A stretch of DNA of 62,947 bases, filler included, from Sphacelaria rigidula (taxonomy: Eukaryota): NCBI GenBank assembly GCA_964200075.2. It is 11 parts of 11 records of this genome, joined end to end, with 100 filler letters (N's around TTAATTAATTAA, not from the genome) between each part and the next. Parts side by side here need not be neighbours in the genome. Positions count along the whole stretch, not along the records: positions 45,855 to 51,485 come from CAXNAA020025720.1; positions 51,586 to 57,216 come from CAXNAA020025721.1; positions 57,317 to 62,947 come from CAXNAA020025722.1; 8 more parts are not named here. One strand, given 5' to 3'. Under the pieces are notes generated by a model. The model made no database searches and was not told the DNA's origin. It saw only the letters and a program-made list of their open reading frames with translations. The translations under genes were made by a program, and so were the position numbers. Numbering within the stretch: the first letter of the stretch is position 1; every line of letters begins with the position of its first letter. Positions 48,231 to 60,255 of the stretch are shown here, one piece after another.

Positions 48231-49437
48231 GAGCTAAACTCTCATGCATGACAAAACGAGTGTCAGAAAACGCGTTTTCCGATAACATGTGAAAAAAAAA
48301 ACTCTTCTTTGCGTGATCAGAAAACGCGTTTCACGATAAGAATTTTTTTATAACATTTTCCGAAAGCCCAAAGTTCTCAGAAAATCTAATTTTCTGATAA
48401 CCTTGGCTATCAAAAAATGTTATTGAAAAAGCGTTTGAACACCCCTTACAGCCCACGACAGCACCCGTGATGGCTTGGCTGCCATCTCTACTGCTGTCGT
48501 TGGTGCCCGCGGGCATTCAGCGTGTTGCATCACTGTCCTTTGTTCGCCAGTAGCGTGGTGGCCCTTTACCCAATGAGAATAGCAGAGAGCAGGGTCGATG
48601 ACGAGTGCTGTACAGACAGGACAGTCTGTATGTGGTCCATACAATATTGTAGCTGAGTTTGGGTCTGTGCACGCAGCGTGTTGCGAACAGCCGTCGCAAT
48701 GCTCCACAGACGGCCCACGCACCCAAGCCTTGTAGAGACAGGATCGGACTGACAGTAGACACAAGACTATGAGATAATAGGTGCTACTAGTGTAGTACAT
48801 CCAATGCATACAACACAGTACTGTGTGTACTGTTGTCCGTGCTGCCCATACAATTGAGCACCACAGTGCAGCGAGATTGCAGCATAGTTCAGGTCTGTGC
48901 ATTCAGCGTGTTGCGAACAGACGTCGCTGTCCAGTACGGACTGCCTATGCACCCAAGCCTTGTAGGTACAGTACAGATAATACTGTGAGTAGTGCTACTG
49001 TTGTAGGTACTACAGCCAATGCATACATTTCAGCATTGTACTATTGTCCGTGCCGTCCGTACAATCGGGTTCTACGGTGTAGCGAAAAAGCCCAACCGTC
49101 AGCTCCACATTCACTTGGTATAGCAAGGTGGTGCTCTATTGCTCGTGTTGCGTCACGTAGCCCACCATGTATTGCGCGGTAAATATATTACAGTAGTACA
49201 GACAGACAGTGCGGACCGTACATCACGACACGACAGCAGAGTGTTATATCTCTCTCGCGCGCCCCAGAATTCGAAATTATGCCCCCTTGCCTTGTAGAGA
49301 ACGGTGACCACTACTTTTTCAACGTTAAAAGCGTCAATCATGTGAGGAGGGCTACTTCAAAACATTCTGTGGAACAACGTGCTGTTGAAAAACGGCTTCT
49401 TTGATGACATTTTTTCAGTACATGAAACAGTAGCCTC
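48231..49437. mobile_element. 1.2-kb nested insertion with weak GAG..CTC TIRs and internal tandem repeats
   Basis: Absent from the paralogous copy (empty site gcccttaactcat at 59257-59269). Repeated cagcgtgttgc and cacccaagccttgtag blocks at 48510-48965. Confidence 0.65.
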
Positions 49438-49755
49438 AACTCATAGAAAAAAATCTCTCGGTGCTTTCGTAATTTACTTTTTTTTGCCCCATGCATTATC
49501 CACACCAATGTTTACGATCGTACTCTGAATATTGGTCGGCGCATTCGCCTTTTAAAAGCCGGGTGGGTAGAAATTCGGAACAGTATTTCGCAGGCCACTC
49601 ACCTGCCCACGTTTGGTTTTTTGTGTATTGAAGTTTGTTTTGGCTCTCGCTAGGGCATAATTAACGAAACACAGTGGGTCATTTTTTGTATTCGCTGGTT
49701 TAGGGCGTTCTAGTATAGTCGAGACCAATTTTTCACGAGAATGCCCTCACCTCTA

Positions 49756-50309
49756 CGAGCTGGGCCAGCTTCAAAGCGGCTAAAAGTTGCTCACACCACA
49801 GCTTTCCCAGTTTCCCGAATGAACCCGATGTAAGCATACCACCATGAAGTGCAGACCAACCTGGTGACACACAGCACCGCCGCTGCATGAAAAAAAAATG
49901 GAAAAAATGTCCTGCATAATGTATGACCTTAACGATGCACGGAAAAAAAAGAGAATCTGTCGGGATTCGAACTCATGACCTCCATGATAGGAGTCTCTCA
50001 TCACTTGAATGATAGGGGTGCAGCAGCGTCACGCGAAACGTTACACGCACGGCCCAATTCAATGACTCTTGAGCTGATTACACGAAGACCTTCTGCACCC
50101 AAGGAAATTATACATCACGTGAGCAGCTGCAGGTTCTCATTTTTTCGTGGATTCATGACATTAATAACTTTTTTTTCCTTTGCTGCTCACGTGATGTTTT
50201 GCGTGTCCATCATGCAAAGCTGCTGACAAAATTTCAGCGTCCAACTTCTGATATCGCGCCGTGCGTCGCCTGAGCGAGTAAACGACCCATTGTTGGCGGG
50301 CCCAGCTCG
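49756..50309. mobile_element. Mariner-type MITE with TA TSD nested in a related element
   Basis: TA|CGAGCTGGGCC..GGCCCAGCTCG|TA. Absent at the paralogous site near 59592. Confidence 0.85.
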
Positions 50310-50387
50310 TATGGAAAAAAAAATGATGGCCCATACATATTTTTTTCGGCACACCTTCGTGGTTCTCCATCCTAAGTTTCAAATGAC

Positions 50388-50720
50388 AGTTCTAAAGATT
50401 GAGCTGAGAATTGAGATGAGCCCCGAGAGCAATGTTGATTAATCCTCGAAATTCCACTAAAACACAAGAAAAATGAAGGAAATTGAAGAGAAAAACGATA
50501 AAAGAGGTTTTACACCTGTACTTTATTTTTATTTCATCATGCACAGGCGGTCTAAGGCAATTCTAAAGATTGAGCTAAGAATTGAGATGAGCCCCGAGAG
50601 CAATGTTGATTAATCCTCGAAATTCCACTAAAAACACAAGAAAAATGAAGGAAACTTGAGAGAAAAACGATAAAAAGGTTTTACACCTGTATTTTATTTT
50701 TATTTTATCATGCACAGGCG
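50388..50720. repeat. Tandem duplication, ~170-bp unit x2
   Basis: Near-identical ttctaaagattgagct..catgcacaggcgg blocks. Single-copy in the paralogue. Confidence 0.9.
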
Positions 50721-51074
50721 GTTCTCCGCACGAAATTTCAAAGTATAACTCTCAAAAACCGAGACGCGATATCCAGATTTAGGCCATCTATTGCCCCTGC
50801 TAGTGCCCCTGCTCGTAATCTACTGGCTTTAGTATGGAGAATTATGTGCGCCGTATCTCGAGATCGATCACAAATTAGGTGAAGACGAGGGTATCTATCG
50901 TTTCCCCGTGCTCCAGGAAAGGTCCACGCCAAAAACCGTCATCATCCGCTGAATGAACCGTTCGGGGTTTCATAGTGATTTTAGTGTAGACGCTATCTCC
51001 GTACGGTATAGGAATGACTAGACATGAAGTTTAATCAACGAGTAAATGTTGGCCCAAATTTTTCAGGGAGGGAT

Positions 51075-51260
51075 ACGTGACAGGTGACACAGCGTGACAC
51101 GTGACATGAACGCGACTTTTTGGGCGTCACGTTCACGTCACGTTAAATTTCCAGATGGCACGTTCACGTCACCTTAAATTTCACAAACGTTCATATCACG
51201 TATTATGTGACGTTTCATGTCACGTGCCACGTATATGACATACACGTTACATGAAGTGGT
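51075..51260. repeat. CACGT/GTGAC-saturated repeat (probable TIR element remnant)
   Basis: Dense gtgac, gtcacg and cacgtt motifs in both orientations. Confidence 0.55.
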
Positions 51261-52299
51261 GAACACTTCAACTCTGCAATGAAATTTGAAATCCTAGAAG
51301 ATTTAAGATTGTGCTTCAAGATACACGTGTGAGTTAGAATGAACAGGTATAGAACATACTCTGGCGGCGAGTTCGCGCTCTGCCGCTCTGCCCCACAGCT
51401 GACATTACAAGTCATCATCGCAGCACAGCACCACAACATCATAATCATCTCGACCATATTCATATCAAGATATCAAGGAACCAGGNNNNNNNNNNNNNNN
51501 NNNNNNNNNNNNNNNNNNNNNNNNNNNNNTTAATTAATTAANNNNNNNNNNNNNNNNNNNNNNNNNNNNNNNNNNNNNNNNNNNNCACGGCGCCTTTCCG
51601 CTCCCCCGCTCCCCACATTTTTCCCCCCCGGGCCCCACCTGTGTTTTTCGCCAACAGGGGGCCCCCCCCCCCCCCCCCGCCTACAGAAGATCCCCTCCAT
51701 GGTTTGATGGTTGATGCACCTCTGAGAAGTTGATTCTGCATGCACAACGATATTTGACAAGCTCGAACTAATAGTGGGTCACTTGAGTTCGATTAGACTC
51801 GACGCACCCTGTACATGGTATCGCCATGCTCCACGAGAAGGGTGTGTGTGCATCGTGCTACGTGTAGCAAGACATGTAAAGAAGTGCAGAGGAGTGAATC
51901 CAACACCAGGAGAGTGGTGTTTTTCATGCGTGGTTGCGGGGGAATTATCTATACCTCGGTCGCGGGTCTGGATACGAAGACTATGGCAAAGGTTGAAAAA
52001 GGGTTGTGGTATACAACAGTAGGGAGCGGCGGTCTTCCACTGCCACCTGCTGGTCTGAGAGACGGGACTATGTGGAAAAATAAAAATAAAATCCGAGAGG
52101 GCGCCGTATCCGGGATTGAGGCCAGGGTTTGTCTGATGTATCAGAATATCCTGCCTGCTCATACGAAAGTGGCATACGTTTGTGATGTGCCGCCACGTGT
52201 TCTTGTTTCGACACTTGCTTGATATACCCCGCGCTCCTCGCTTTTGCTTTTGTGCTTCGATGATCATATTGATCCTTCTCTTTAAAAAGAAACTGAAGT

Positions 52300-52581
52300 G
52301 AGTAATGCTACGGTAGGGGTTGCACTGTTTTAGCGAAAACGTTTCTCGGGGCTGCTCGGTTGTGTTGGACGGGTCATTTGGAGAATCGGCATCATTTTTA
52401 CTTGTCCATTTAAAGGACTGAAAATGATGCCGATTCACGAAAAGGCCCCTCCGTGCAAACAACATGTTTCTGAAAGTCCGGTCCCCGGAGATTTGGGTAG
52501 CACAGTAAGCCTCATATATTCGTGCTCCTACAAAAAAGAGACCCAGAAACAAAAAGTGCAACCCCTACCGTAGCATTGCTC
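52300..52581. mobile_element. MITE with GAG..CTC termini and 4-bp TSD AAGT (Sola2-like)
   Basis: aagt|GAGTAATGCTACGGTAGGGGTTGCACT..AGTGCAACCCCTACCGTAGCATTGCTC|aagt. Confidence 0.9.
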
Positions 52582-53382
52582 AAGTATAAGAATTTCCGCT
52601 GACGTGGAGCGGGGATCAGATTCGTGTGGTCAACCTGCTAGTAGCAAGGGGGGAAACAAGGATCACAATCACTTATCGTCTGAAACCTGAAACCACAAAA
52701 GCGGAACTACCATATATCTTTCCCTGCTAGTATCGTCATTATCTATTGAAGGTTTTTGAGGATCTGGCGCACCCAGTGTTCAATTGGTGATGCTTACCTC
52801 TGGGGTGTTCCCAGTTGAAGAGGATGTCGGATGGCCTTTGAAGGTGGCGATTTTTTTTTTCAGATTCGATTATAAGATTGATGAAAAATATGAGGAACGA
52901 TCTTTGATTCGTAATCCTTTTGTGATCACATCAAGAACATGGTGGAATCGCCTGCTACCACAGCGACGTAGCGACGTATACGCACCCTTGTGTTTTCTGT
53001 TTCTGGATTGAATGAAAAGCATATATCTGTCCTTTACCGACAAGTCTTGGACTGAATTTACCACAGTAGACCGTCACCTTGGGATGAGTGCCTCGTGGCC
53101 TGTCCTGCGTAGTATGGCATCCGCTTTGTCCTGCATTGTATTGGCATGCTCCATAAACTTACCTGTCATCCTGCATTATATCGGTATGCTCCGTATGTCG
53201 ATATTGACAGTCTTGACGCTGTAGCGCCGATGCCCAACGGGGGCCGACGACGCCTGGGAGACATCTTGGAAGCCATGGCAAGGGAAGCGCGGGTGCCAGA
53301 TCTGTGAGTTCGAAGTATTCAAAAATACGCCTGTTTTTGCTGGGAAATATCTGGTGGCGGGATGAACTATAAATGAGCAAAT

Positions 53383-53945
53383 GCCGGTGCGCCCCTGGTG
53401 CGACTGGAGTTATTTATGGCGGGCGATCTCGGGGGTCGAATACCGGCAGACGTGAATTCAGGGTTTCTGTTATGAGATGTATCTGATTTTTGCCTGTCAT
53501 TGAAAGGATGTGAGGATGCGAGCAGCAAAGAGAACATTTATTCGGCAAGAGTCGACGCGGTGCCGTGCGGGAGTGCTTCTAGTCATGATCCAATCCGCGA
53601 TATCAGAATGTAAGAAGGCGCGTACCCGGGGCAGAGGAAGGTTGGAAAGGTCGGACATATAATCGATGCTTCGAATCACCACATCTACGATTTCTTGCGC
53701 CTCACTGCTCGAACGAGAGAAAGACGTTGACGGTGCGTCAGAAAAGTCTCTACGCTGCTCTACGCGCGTGACGTGCGCGTACCTTAACCTGGGGTGCAAA
53801 CCTGAAAACAAAGCCAGCCCGAGTATTGATTCGTACGTTACGAATCAATCACACTAGAAAAGCATTTAATTTTCAGATCCTTGAAAGATTGATCCCTCGA
53901 GACTATGGACTCATCCCGGAGGAGGGGAGGGATTGGCGGTACAAT
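53383..53945 (+). mobile_element. Diverged SINE family B copy split by a ~240-bp insertion
   Basis: gatccaatccgcga..aatgtaag at ~53590, resuming with atccctcgagactatggactcatcccg at 53892. Confidence 0.6.
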
Positions 53946-54039
53946 ATGACAGTAGTGTTTACCACTTGGTCGATTACCGTAGAACCTTCTGGAATTTTAT
54001 TACTTGACCTGAGTGTAAACACCGATATTCGGATCTTTA

Positions 54040-54290
54040 GCGGGGCTGACAGCCCCAACTGCCCCTCGCGTGCGCAGAACGTGCTTTCGTCAAAATTGGC
54101 GCCTGCGGTGCTGTTTTGAGGTCTGCCAATGCCACACTTTGCCAAGGAAACGCTTCACACACCCCTCGCCCGAGGGTTCTCGGTATGCCTTGGGTTAGCG
54201 TTAGCGTTAGCGTTAGCGTTAGCGTTAGCGTTAGCGTTAGCGTAAGCGTTAGCGTTATTTAAAACAAGATTTTTCCGAGAAATGTCTGCA
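54040..54290 (+). repeat. Dispersed repeat with an expanded (TTAGCG)n telomere-variant array
   Basis: About 10 GTTAGC units at 54194-54257, at the position where paralogues carry TTAGGG-like units. Confidence 0.8.
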
Positions 54291-55334
54291 TCGACCCAGT
54301 GGTAAACACGCCTCCGATATGATAAAAAAAAAAAAGTGACGCGGTCCGGTACTTTGTGTCAAAAGCAGTGGAGCACGGTACTTTCTAACAAGCGAAGCGC
54401 AGTTGGGTCTGATGAATGCTCTGCCCAGTAAGGCACACGAGCTTTGCCTACATAGGGCGTTTTTCACCGAAGCAAGGATAGCCTAGATCCAGCTCTCCCG
54501 ACAGACAGTCTGTATGGTTGGAGTTGAGGTTGTCGGGTTAGCGTTGAGGTTGGGGTTCTCGGTGGCATAGACAAGCGGTGGTGGAATCTCCTGTTCATGA
54601 GAATGACCAGAATCAAGCCCAATATTGGCACAATAAAGGTATAGGCCTGGGAGGAAAATGTCTGAAGTAGGTACGTATCAGGCTTGTCATCTCGATCAGA
54701 TAGTCGGCTACTTTGGTCAATCAGATGGCGCAGAAATTGGGCCGATTACACGGATGTGCTGAGTTGAGGTTGTACCTGTTCTTGACCCAAGCATCTCGAG
54801 GAATACCTCATGGTGTCGTTTGTCTCATCATGAAAGCCTTCGGGGTAGGCATTTTGGGTCTACACGCTGAACGCAGCGTTGCAAGTGCTCGTACTACACG
54901 GTATGTCGCGAGCCCTCTAACTGTCGATCGTGCAGCCCTTCTTTTTTTTTTCTCTTCCTTTTCTCGTTTCTTCAGGCTAGTCCGCATTTTCTCTTCCTTT
55001 CTTTATCTTTTTCCTTCCTCAACTTTTCTTCAGCGAGTGCCTCCGGTTTGTTTTCCTTTTGCCACGCCCATCCATCTTGTGACCACCGCTGTATTCCTCG
55101 AGCATCGATTAATGTGCAACAAGCAATCAAGCAACCGAGTATATCCTTTAACAAGAGAAAATATGCACATTTTATGTTGCCGAAATGTCATAAACCACGG
55201 GTCGCTCATGCCAATTTGTTTTTTCTCGGATTTGTCCAAATGCGTGAGTGTTAGTGCTGCTAGTTTTTTGCTTGATGCTCACTTTTCGGCTATCTAACTG
55301 GAGCTACACACACATATTTTGAAAAAAATGACAG

Positions 55335-55448
55335 ATTTCTGCTTGGAGAGTACGCGGCGATCCAAAAGGTGGCGGACGCTCTGCACGACGTGGATAATCT
55401 TACCATGGCGGAGCGCTTCGCTATCTGCCAGGCGCCCATCAACGAAAG
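55335..55448 (+). CDS. SUV3: SUV3-like mitochondrial RNA helicase, C-terminal region exon
   Basis: atgacag|...AG|gttaca. FLLGEYAAIQKVADALHDVDNLTMAERFAICQAPINER matches the SUV3 pattern YFL..KVA..L..V.GLSL.DRF.FC.APVN.R. Confidence 0.78.
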
Positions 55449-55600
55449 GTTACAAAAAGATTGGAGGATGGCCCCTGTGGTGTGTTGACACGTGATCGGC
55501 GAAACAGTGGATCACGACACTGTGTTACGTGTACAGTATTGTGACGAGAGCTAATAGTGCTCCCACTACCGCAGCAATGAGTATTTCACACATTTCCGAC

Positions 55601-56266
55601 CAGTCATGACTCGTGATGACTCACTGGCCCCAGACGAGTCATGGGGGAAGATGAGATGAGTCTGACTCGAGTCTTTCGAGTCATGCGGGAAGATGGGAAC
55701 GAGTCTGACTCGAGCCTTTTCAATCATTTGAGAAGATAAGGATGAGTCTGACTCCAGTCCTACGAGTTGTGCGGAAAGACGAAGACGAGTCCGACCCAGA
55801 TCCTAGGAGTCATGGATGTTTTTCGTGACTCTCAGGCACCAAGTCCTACGGAATTCAAGTACTATGAGTTATGATCGTGGTTCATGACTCATAAGACTTG
55901 AGTCTCAAATGGGCTTGAAAAACTCCAACACGTCGTTCGGGGAAACGAGAATGAGGCTGACCCGAGCCCTATGGGTCATGATTGTGGCTCATGACTCGCA
56001 AGACTTGAGTCCCGTGGGACTTGACATATCCCATTACGTGTCGTTTTGGGAAAAGGAGAACGAGTCTGACTCGAGTCCTGCGCGTCACTAAAAAAAATAT
56101 GAGGACGAATCTGACCCAAGTCCTACAGGCCATCATTTGGCTCCATGACTCGTAGGACTTTGGTCTCAGGAGTCATTCGAGAAACGCGAGAGTGAGTCTG
56201 CTGCGAGTGAGTCGAAGAAATTATTGAGCTTGAGTTAACAGAGTCTGAGTCACACGAGTAAGACTA
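55601..56266. mobile_element. GAGTC/GACTC-saturated non-autonomous element with imperfect TIRs
   Basis: Dozens of GAGTC/GACTC motifs. Ends CAGTCATGACTCGTGATGACTCA / TGAGTCACACGAGTAAGACTA. Lies within the SUV3 intron. Confidence 0.65.
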
Positions 56267-56822
56267 GCACTCGTTCGATGTGTTGAGTATTTTGTGTGTC
56301 GGGTTGTCAAGATTTGACCGCATGCGATTTCATGGAGTCTACGATGTGTGTGCTCGGTCGGCATTTGTTCTATACGTCACTTTAATCCCTGCGCTACTTG
56401 TGTATGTCAGGAAATCATTCCAAAAAAATACATGACGACCAGTTGTATGTCTGTTTTAGTTCAGCATGCAGTACTTTCGTACTTGGTCGTACTCTACTAT
56501 TGCTGTACTTTTCGCATATTCCAATTCATTCATATTCCGATGTGGCTGTCATCTGGTCACATGCCAGTGTCGTTGCATTTGATCAATTTCCATAACAGTT
56601 TTATGTTATTTTCCATGCATTCATATTCCAATGCTATCGATTGAATGATTGAATGATTGATCATGGCATGTTACTGATACCTGCAGGACTCTCAGCTGCG
56701 GTCGCGATATGTGCGTACCAAAGGTAAACTAAAACGGAAGGTGTAAATTATTGTTATATTCCAATGTTGCATCTTGTCATGTTCCGGTGCGCGTTCTACT
56801 TTGCCCCCAAAACTGCGGATAG

Positions 56823-56931
56823 GAATGACGACCTCGTGAAAGCCGTTGCGCAGTTCGCGGTGGCCCACTCCGAGCGCCTGCCGGCCTTCATCAACATGCA
56901 CCTGCCAGCACGAGGCGTACTGCCAAGAACG
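56823..56931 (+). CDS. SUV3: SUV3-like helicase, next exon
   Basis: ggatag|...ACG|gtgagg, phase-2 join: NDDLVKAVAQFAVAHSERLPAFINMHLPARGVLPRT. Confidence 0.78.
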
Positions 56932-57776
56932 GTGAGGGGAAACACTATTAATACCATCATCGTCTCGTTCGATCCAACCAACGCACACGGCTACCTTAGC
57001 GTTGCGCAGTGTGTTATTGTCAGTCATTATCCAGAGGCCGGATTGTGGCCCCTGAGCCAAGGAATCCTGCTGTACAAGCTGTAGGCCGCGACCTACGGCC
57101 TCAATTTTAGGGGAAAAGCTCGTATAGACGAAGCCTGAGGAGGGAGGGGGGGGGGGGGGGGGGGGTTATTTTTTTTTTGCCTTTGTTTTTTGTTTTACCC
57201 CCCCTTTTTTTTGGGGNNNNNNNNNNNNNNNNNNNNNNNNNNNNNNNNNNNNNNNNNNNNTTAATTAATTAANNNNNNNNNNNNNNNNNNNNNNNNNNNN
57301 NNNNNNNNNNNNNNNNCCCCCCCTCGCCCCCCACCGCTGAATATGGTTCACACACCGCGGTGATAACTTGTCGAATCGAAAAAATATCATGCCCTGAGCG
57401 ATAGGTGGTCGATAGTTGCAGTAGAGGGAAAGTGTTTGGCGTGAGCTATAGCCTATTCTGCATATGGTGTCAAACAACGTGAAGCAATCTATCGGCGGAC
57501 CCGTTATTCTGAGACGATTGCGTTATTCAGGTGGCCAGCACGCCTGTTCAAATGAGAGAAAAAATACCCGAATCAAGCTACCGACACATCTGTTCACTCG
57601 ACACAATGTATCTACAATATGTGTCGACCGTATGTGCACGTGTATTCCCGCTGTGGAGGATCAGCTCATTTTCAGACCATGCGTTGATCGATGTTATCGG
57701 TAAATTGACCGATCAATTGATCGGTCGATTGGTTGGCTGATTGTCGCACATGAACTTGATCATGCTACGATAGAGA

Positions 57777-58112
57777 GGGGAGGTGTACTCATGATCATGC
57801 ATGCCCTAGCCATATGACCGTTGACCCCACATCCCCACAGAGCCGGGGCTGAGCACACCCTGTTTTCGCCGGACCATGCTCACGATCAATCACCAAGCGC
57901 GAAGCGCCGTGGTGTTTTCGGCGAGTCGCATGAAGGGCGAGCGGCATCCTATTGAAATTGTTGGGTCCGAATCGTACTGAATATCTTGCATTCGGATGAC
58001 AGCCTGCAATGAGTTGCGTCATTTTCTGGCATCGCCACTTCCAGAGACAGCCACGGCTTATACACTACCTCATAGTTGTCTCACCATGTAAACACTACGT
58101 AGTATTATCATG
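57777..58112 (-). mobile_element. Direct-repeat/LINE-tailed retroelement, 3' 330 bp
   Basis: Homologous to 17197-17450 plus the tail ..catgatcatgagtacacctcccc. Confidence 0.8.
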
Positions 58113-58397
58113 CCCTGTGCGCCGAACTGAGATTCTCCCACGCTACCAAAGGGTCTGGGTGTGTGTGTGTGTGATAGATTCCACGAAAGGCAGGGGCTCA
58201 CAGGTGACCAGACGACGGAACTGCTCGCGGTGCCTTTGTATTTGGGTGACAACGTGGTAGCGTGGTATGAATGAGTATGTCTCATCGGTGACAAGCGCGT
58301 TCGAGCAAACGCTGCTGCTTTCAACGACCATTTGAGGTGGGATGTCGGGGAAGAGATGGCCCAAATACCCTTTCCCCCCAGTCCCCCGTCCCCCGTA

Positions 58398-58730
58398 CGG
58401 TGCTCCGTCTCGAAAGGGATGCGTGGTCAATGGTCAAACGACTAAGGCAAGCAACAAATGAGTACGCCCCCCGTCCCCCGTTGTACCAGGGGCGTGTCCA
58501 ATAATACCACCTGAAAACGGATGAATCGTCGCTGAGACACGTATCCACTTCACAGTTCAATCGTACTGCCCTACGGTGTAAGTGACGCTACAAGGTTATG
58601 AATCTCACCCAACGTTTGGGTGCTCCGTCTCGAAAGGGATGCGTGGTCAACGGTCAAACGACTAAGGCAAGCAACAAATAAGTACGCCCCCCCGCCCCCT
58701 GCCCCCATCCCCATCCCCCCAATCCCTCCC
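58398..58730 (+). mobile_element. Two extremely 5'-truncated LINE family 1 tips
   Basis: ggtgctccgtctcgaaagggatgcgtggtcaa..gagtacgcccccc at 58399 and 58619. Further tips at 33443-33515 (+) and 61015-61105 (-). Confidence 0.85.
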
Positions 58731-59066
58731 TGTCGTAGCATCACACAACTGATTCCCAAGGGATTCACCCGTGGTCTCAACCCATGAGTGAATCAATCAG
58801 GTCATCAGTGCATTCCAGACGAGACACCGAGCGATCTGTGGTTGGATGCGTTAGCTTTTAGGCAACAACGTATACTAATCGACTCCAGCAGCACAGGATC
58901 AGTCCATTTGACGCTATGGCTATGAATACACTGCCTACAAGAATTAATCTGCAGAGCTTGTTCTCTTGTACCGGTCATTCATTCCATTGAGGTGGGTTTA
59001 CGCCAGCTCGCCTCCGAATTATCCATGGTTGACACGTCCTTAGAATAACGCCAACGTTAACCCTTA

Positions 59067-60255
59067 CGAGCTGTGCAAGCCAAGAAGCGATTCTGTAGTT
59101 TGCAGGCCCATTATACGGCCAATACTTGGAGTTGGACCCTGAAATTTAGTATGGACAATGAGTAGGGCATAATAAAAACAATTACTAGTGAACACAAACT
59201 TTTTTTGTTTTCCCATGAGTTAGAGGCATTTTACCGATATCTGAAAACTGATGATTGCCCTTAACTCATGAAAAAAACAAGAAAAACTTGTGTGCACTGG
59301 TAGTTTTTCTTATTATTCCCTACTCATTGTCCGTACCGCATTTCAGGGTCCAACCCCAAGTATTAGCCGTATAATGGGCCGTTTAGTGACCGGGTCAGAA
59401 GAAATTCGGAACAGTATTCCGCAGGCCATTTACCGGCCCACGTTTGGTGTTTGTGTATTGAAACTTTGTGTGGGGCGTGGCTGGGGCATAATCAACAAAA
59501 CAAAGCGGGTGAGATCGTTTTTTTATTTTCTTCATTGGTTGAGGGCGTTTGAGTCTGGTAAAGACAATTTTTCCACAAGAACGCCTGAACCTCTCCAAAA
59601 AAAACGAAGGCCCATTTATTTTCTGTTTTTTTCTCACTTCCGTGGTCTTCCATGCTGAGTTTCAAATTACAATTCTAAAAGTTGAACTAAAAAATTGAGA
59701 TTAGGCCCAAAAGCAGTCTTCATTTCTCCTCGAAACTGCCCCCAAAACCCGAAAAAAATGAAAAAAAGCTGTGTTTATGAGCTTTATTGTCAACTAGCGG
59801 TTCTCCACACGAAATTTTATAGCATAACTCTCAAAAACTGAGGCGCGATATTCAGGTTCAGCTAATCTAGCGCATCTGCCCGTAATATACTGATTTTAGT
59901 ATGGAAATTATGTGCGCCATATCTCGAGATAGATTACGAATTAGGTGAAGTTGAGGGTATCTATCGTCTCCCTGTGCTCCACAGAATTTCCACACCGAAA
60001 TTCGTCGTCATCCGCTGAATGCATCGATCGGGGGTTTCATGAGAAGTTTTAGTATTGACGCTATCTCCCCTACGTATAGGAATAACTAGACATGGGGTTT
60101 AATCAACGAGAATATATGGGCCCAAAATTTTGAGCAGATGGGCACCTTCCCCTTGGTAAGACGTTAATACAATATGCGGATCATGGCCCAACTCGTCCGT
60201 GTTGACGAGATTTTGCTTTTAGAGCTTAAATCCGTGTCTAGGCTGGCCCAGCTCG
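59067..60255. mobile_element. Complete Tc1/mariner-type non-autonomous element (1189 bp)
   Basis: TA|CGAGCTGTGCAAGCC..GGCTGGCCCAGCTCG|TA. Internal hairpin 59105-59200/59290-59380. Confidence 0.85.

Larger units (their letters stand above)
48028..51072. mobile_element. Tc1/mariner-type non-autonomous element (TA|CGAGCTG) with nested insertions, right end missing
   Basis: Colinear with the complete copy at 59067-60255 once inserts 48231-49437 and 49756-50309 and the duplication 50388-50720 are removed. Confidence 0.8.

Noticed and set aside
53155..53175. U1 snRNA 5' end (ACTTACCTG)
   Set aside because: No downstream U1 similarity; it is simply the complement of a CAG|GTAAGT donor-like sequence.
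54194..54257. True telomere
   Set aside because: A short, internal, variant hexamer array embedded in a dispersed repeat.
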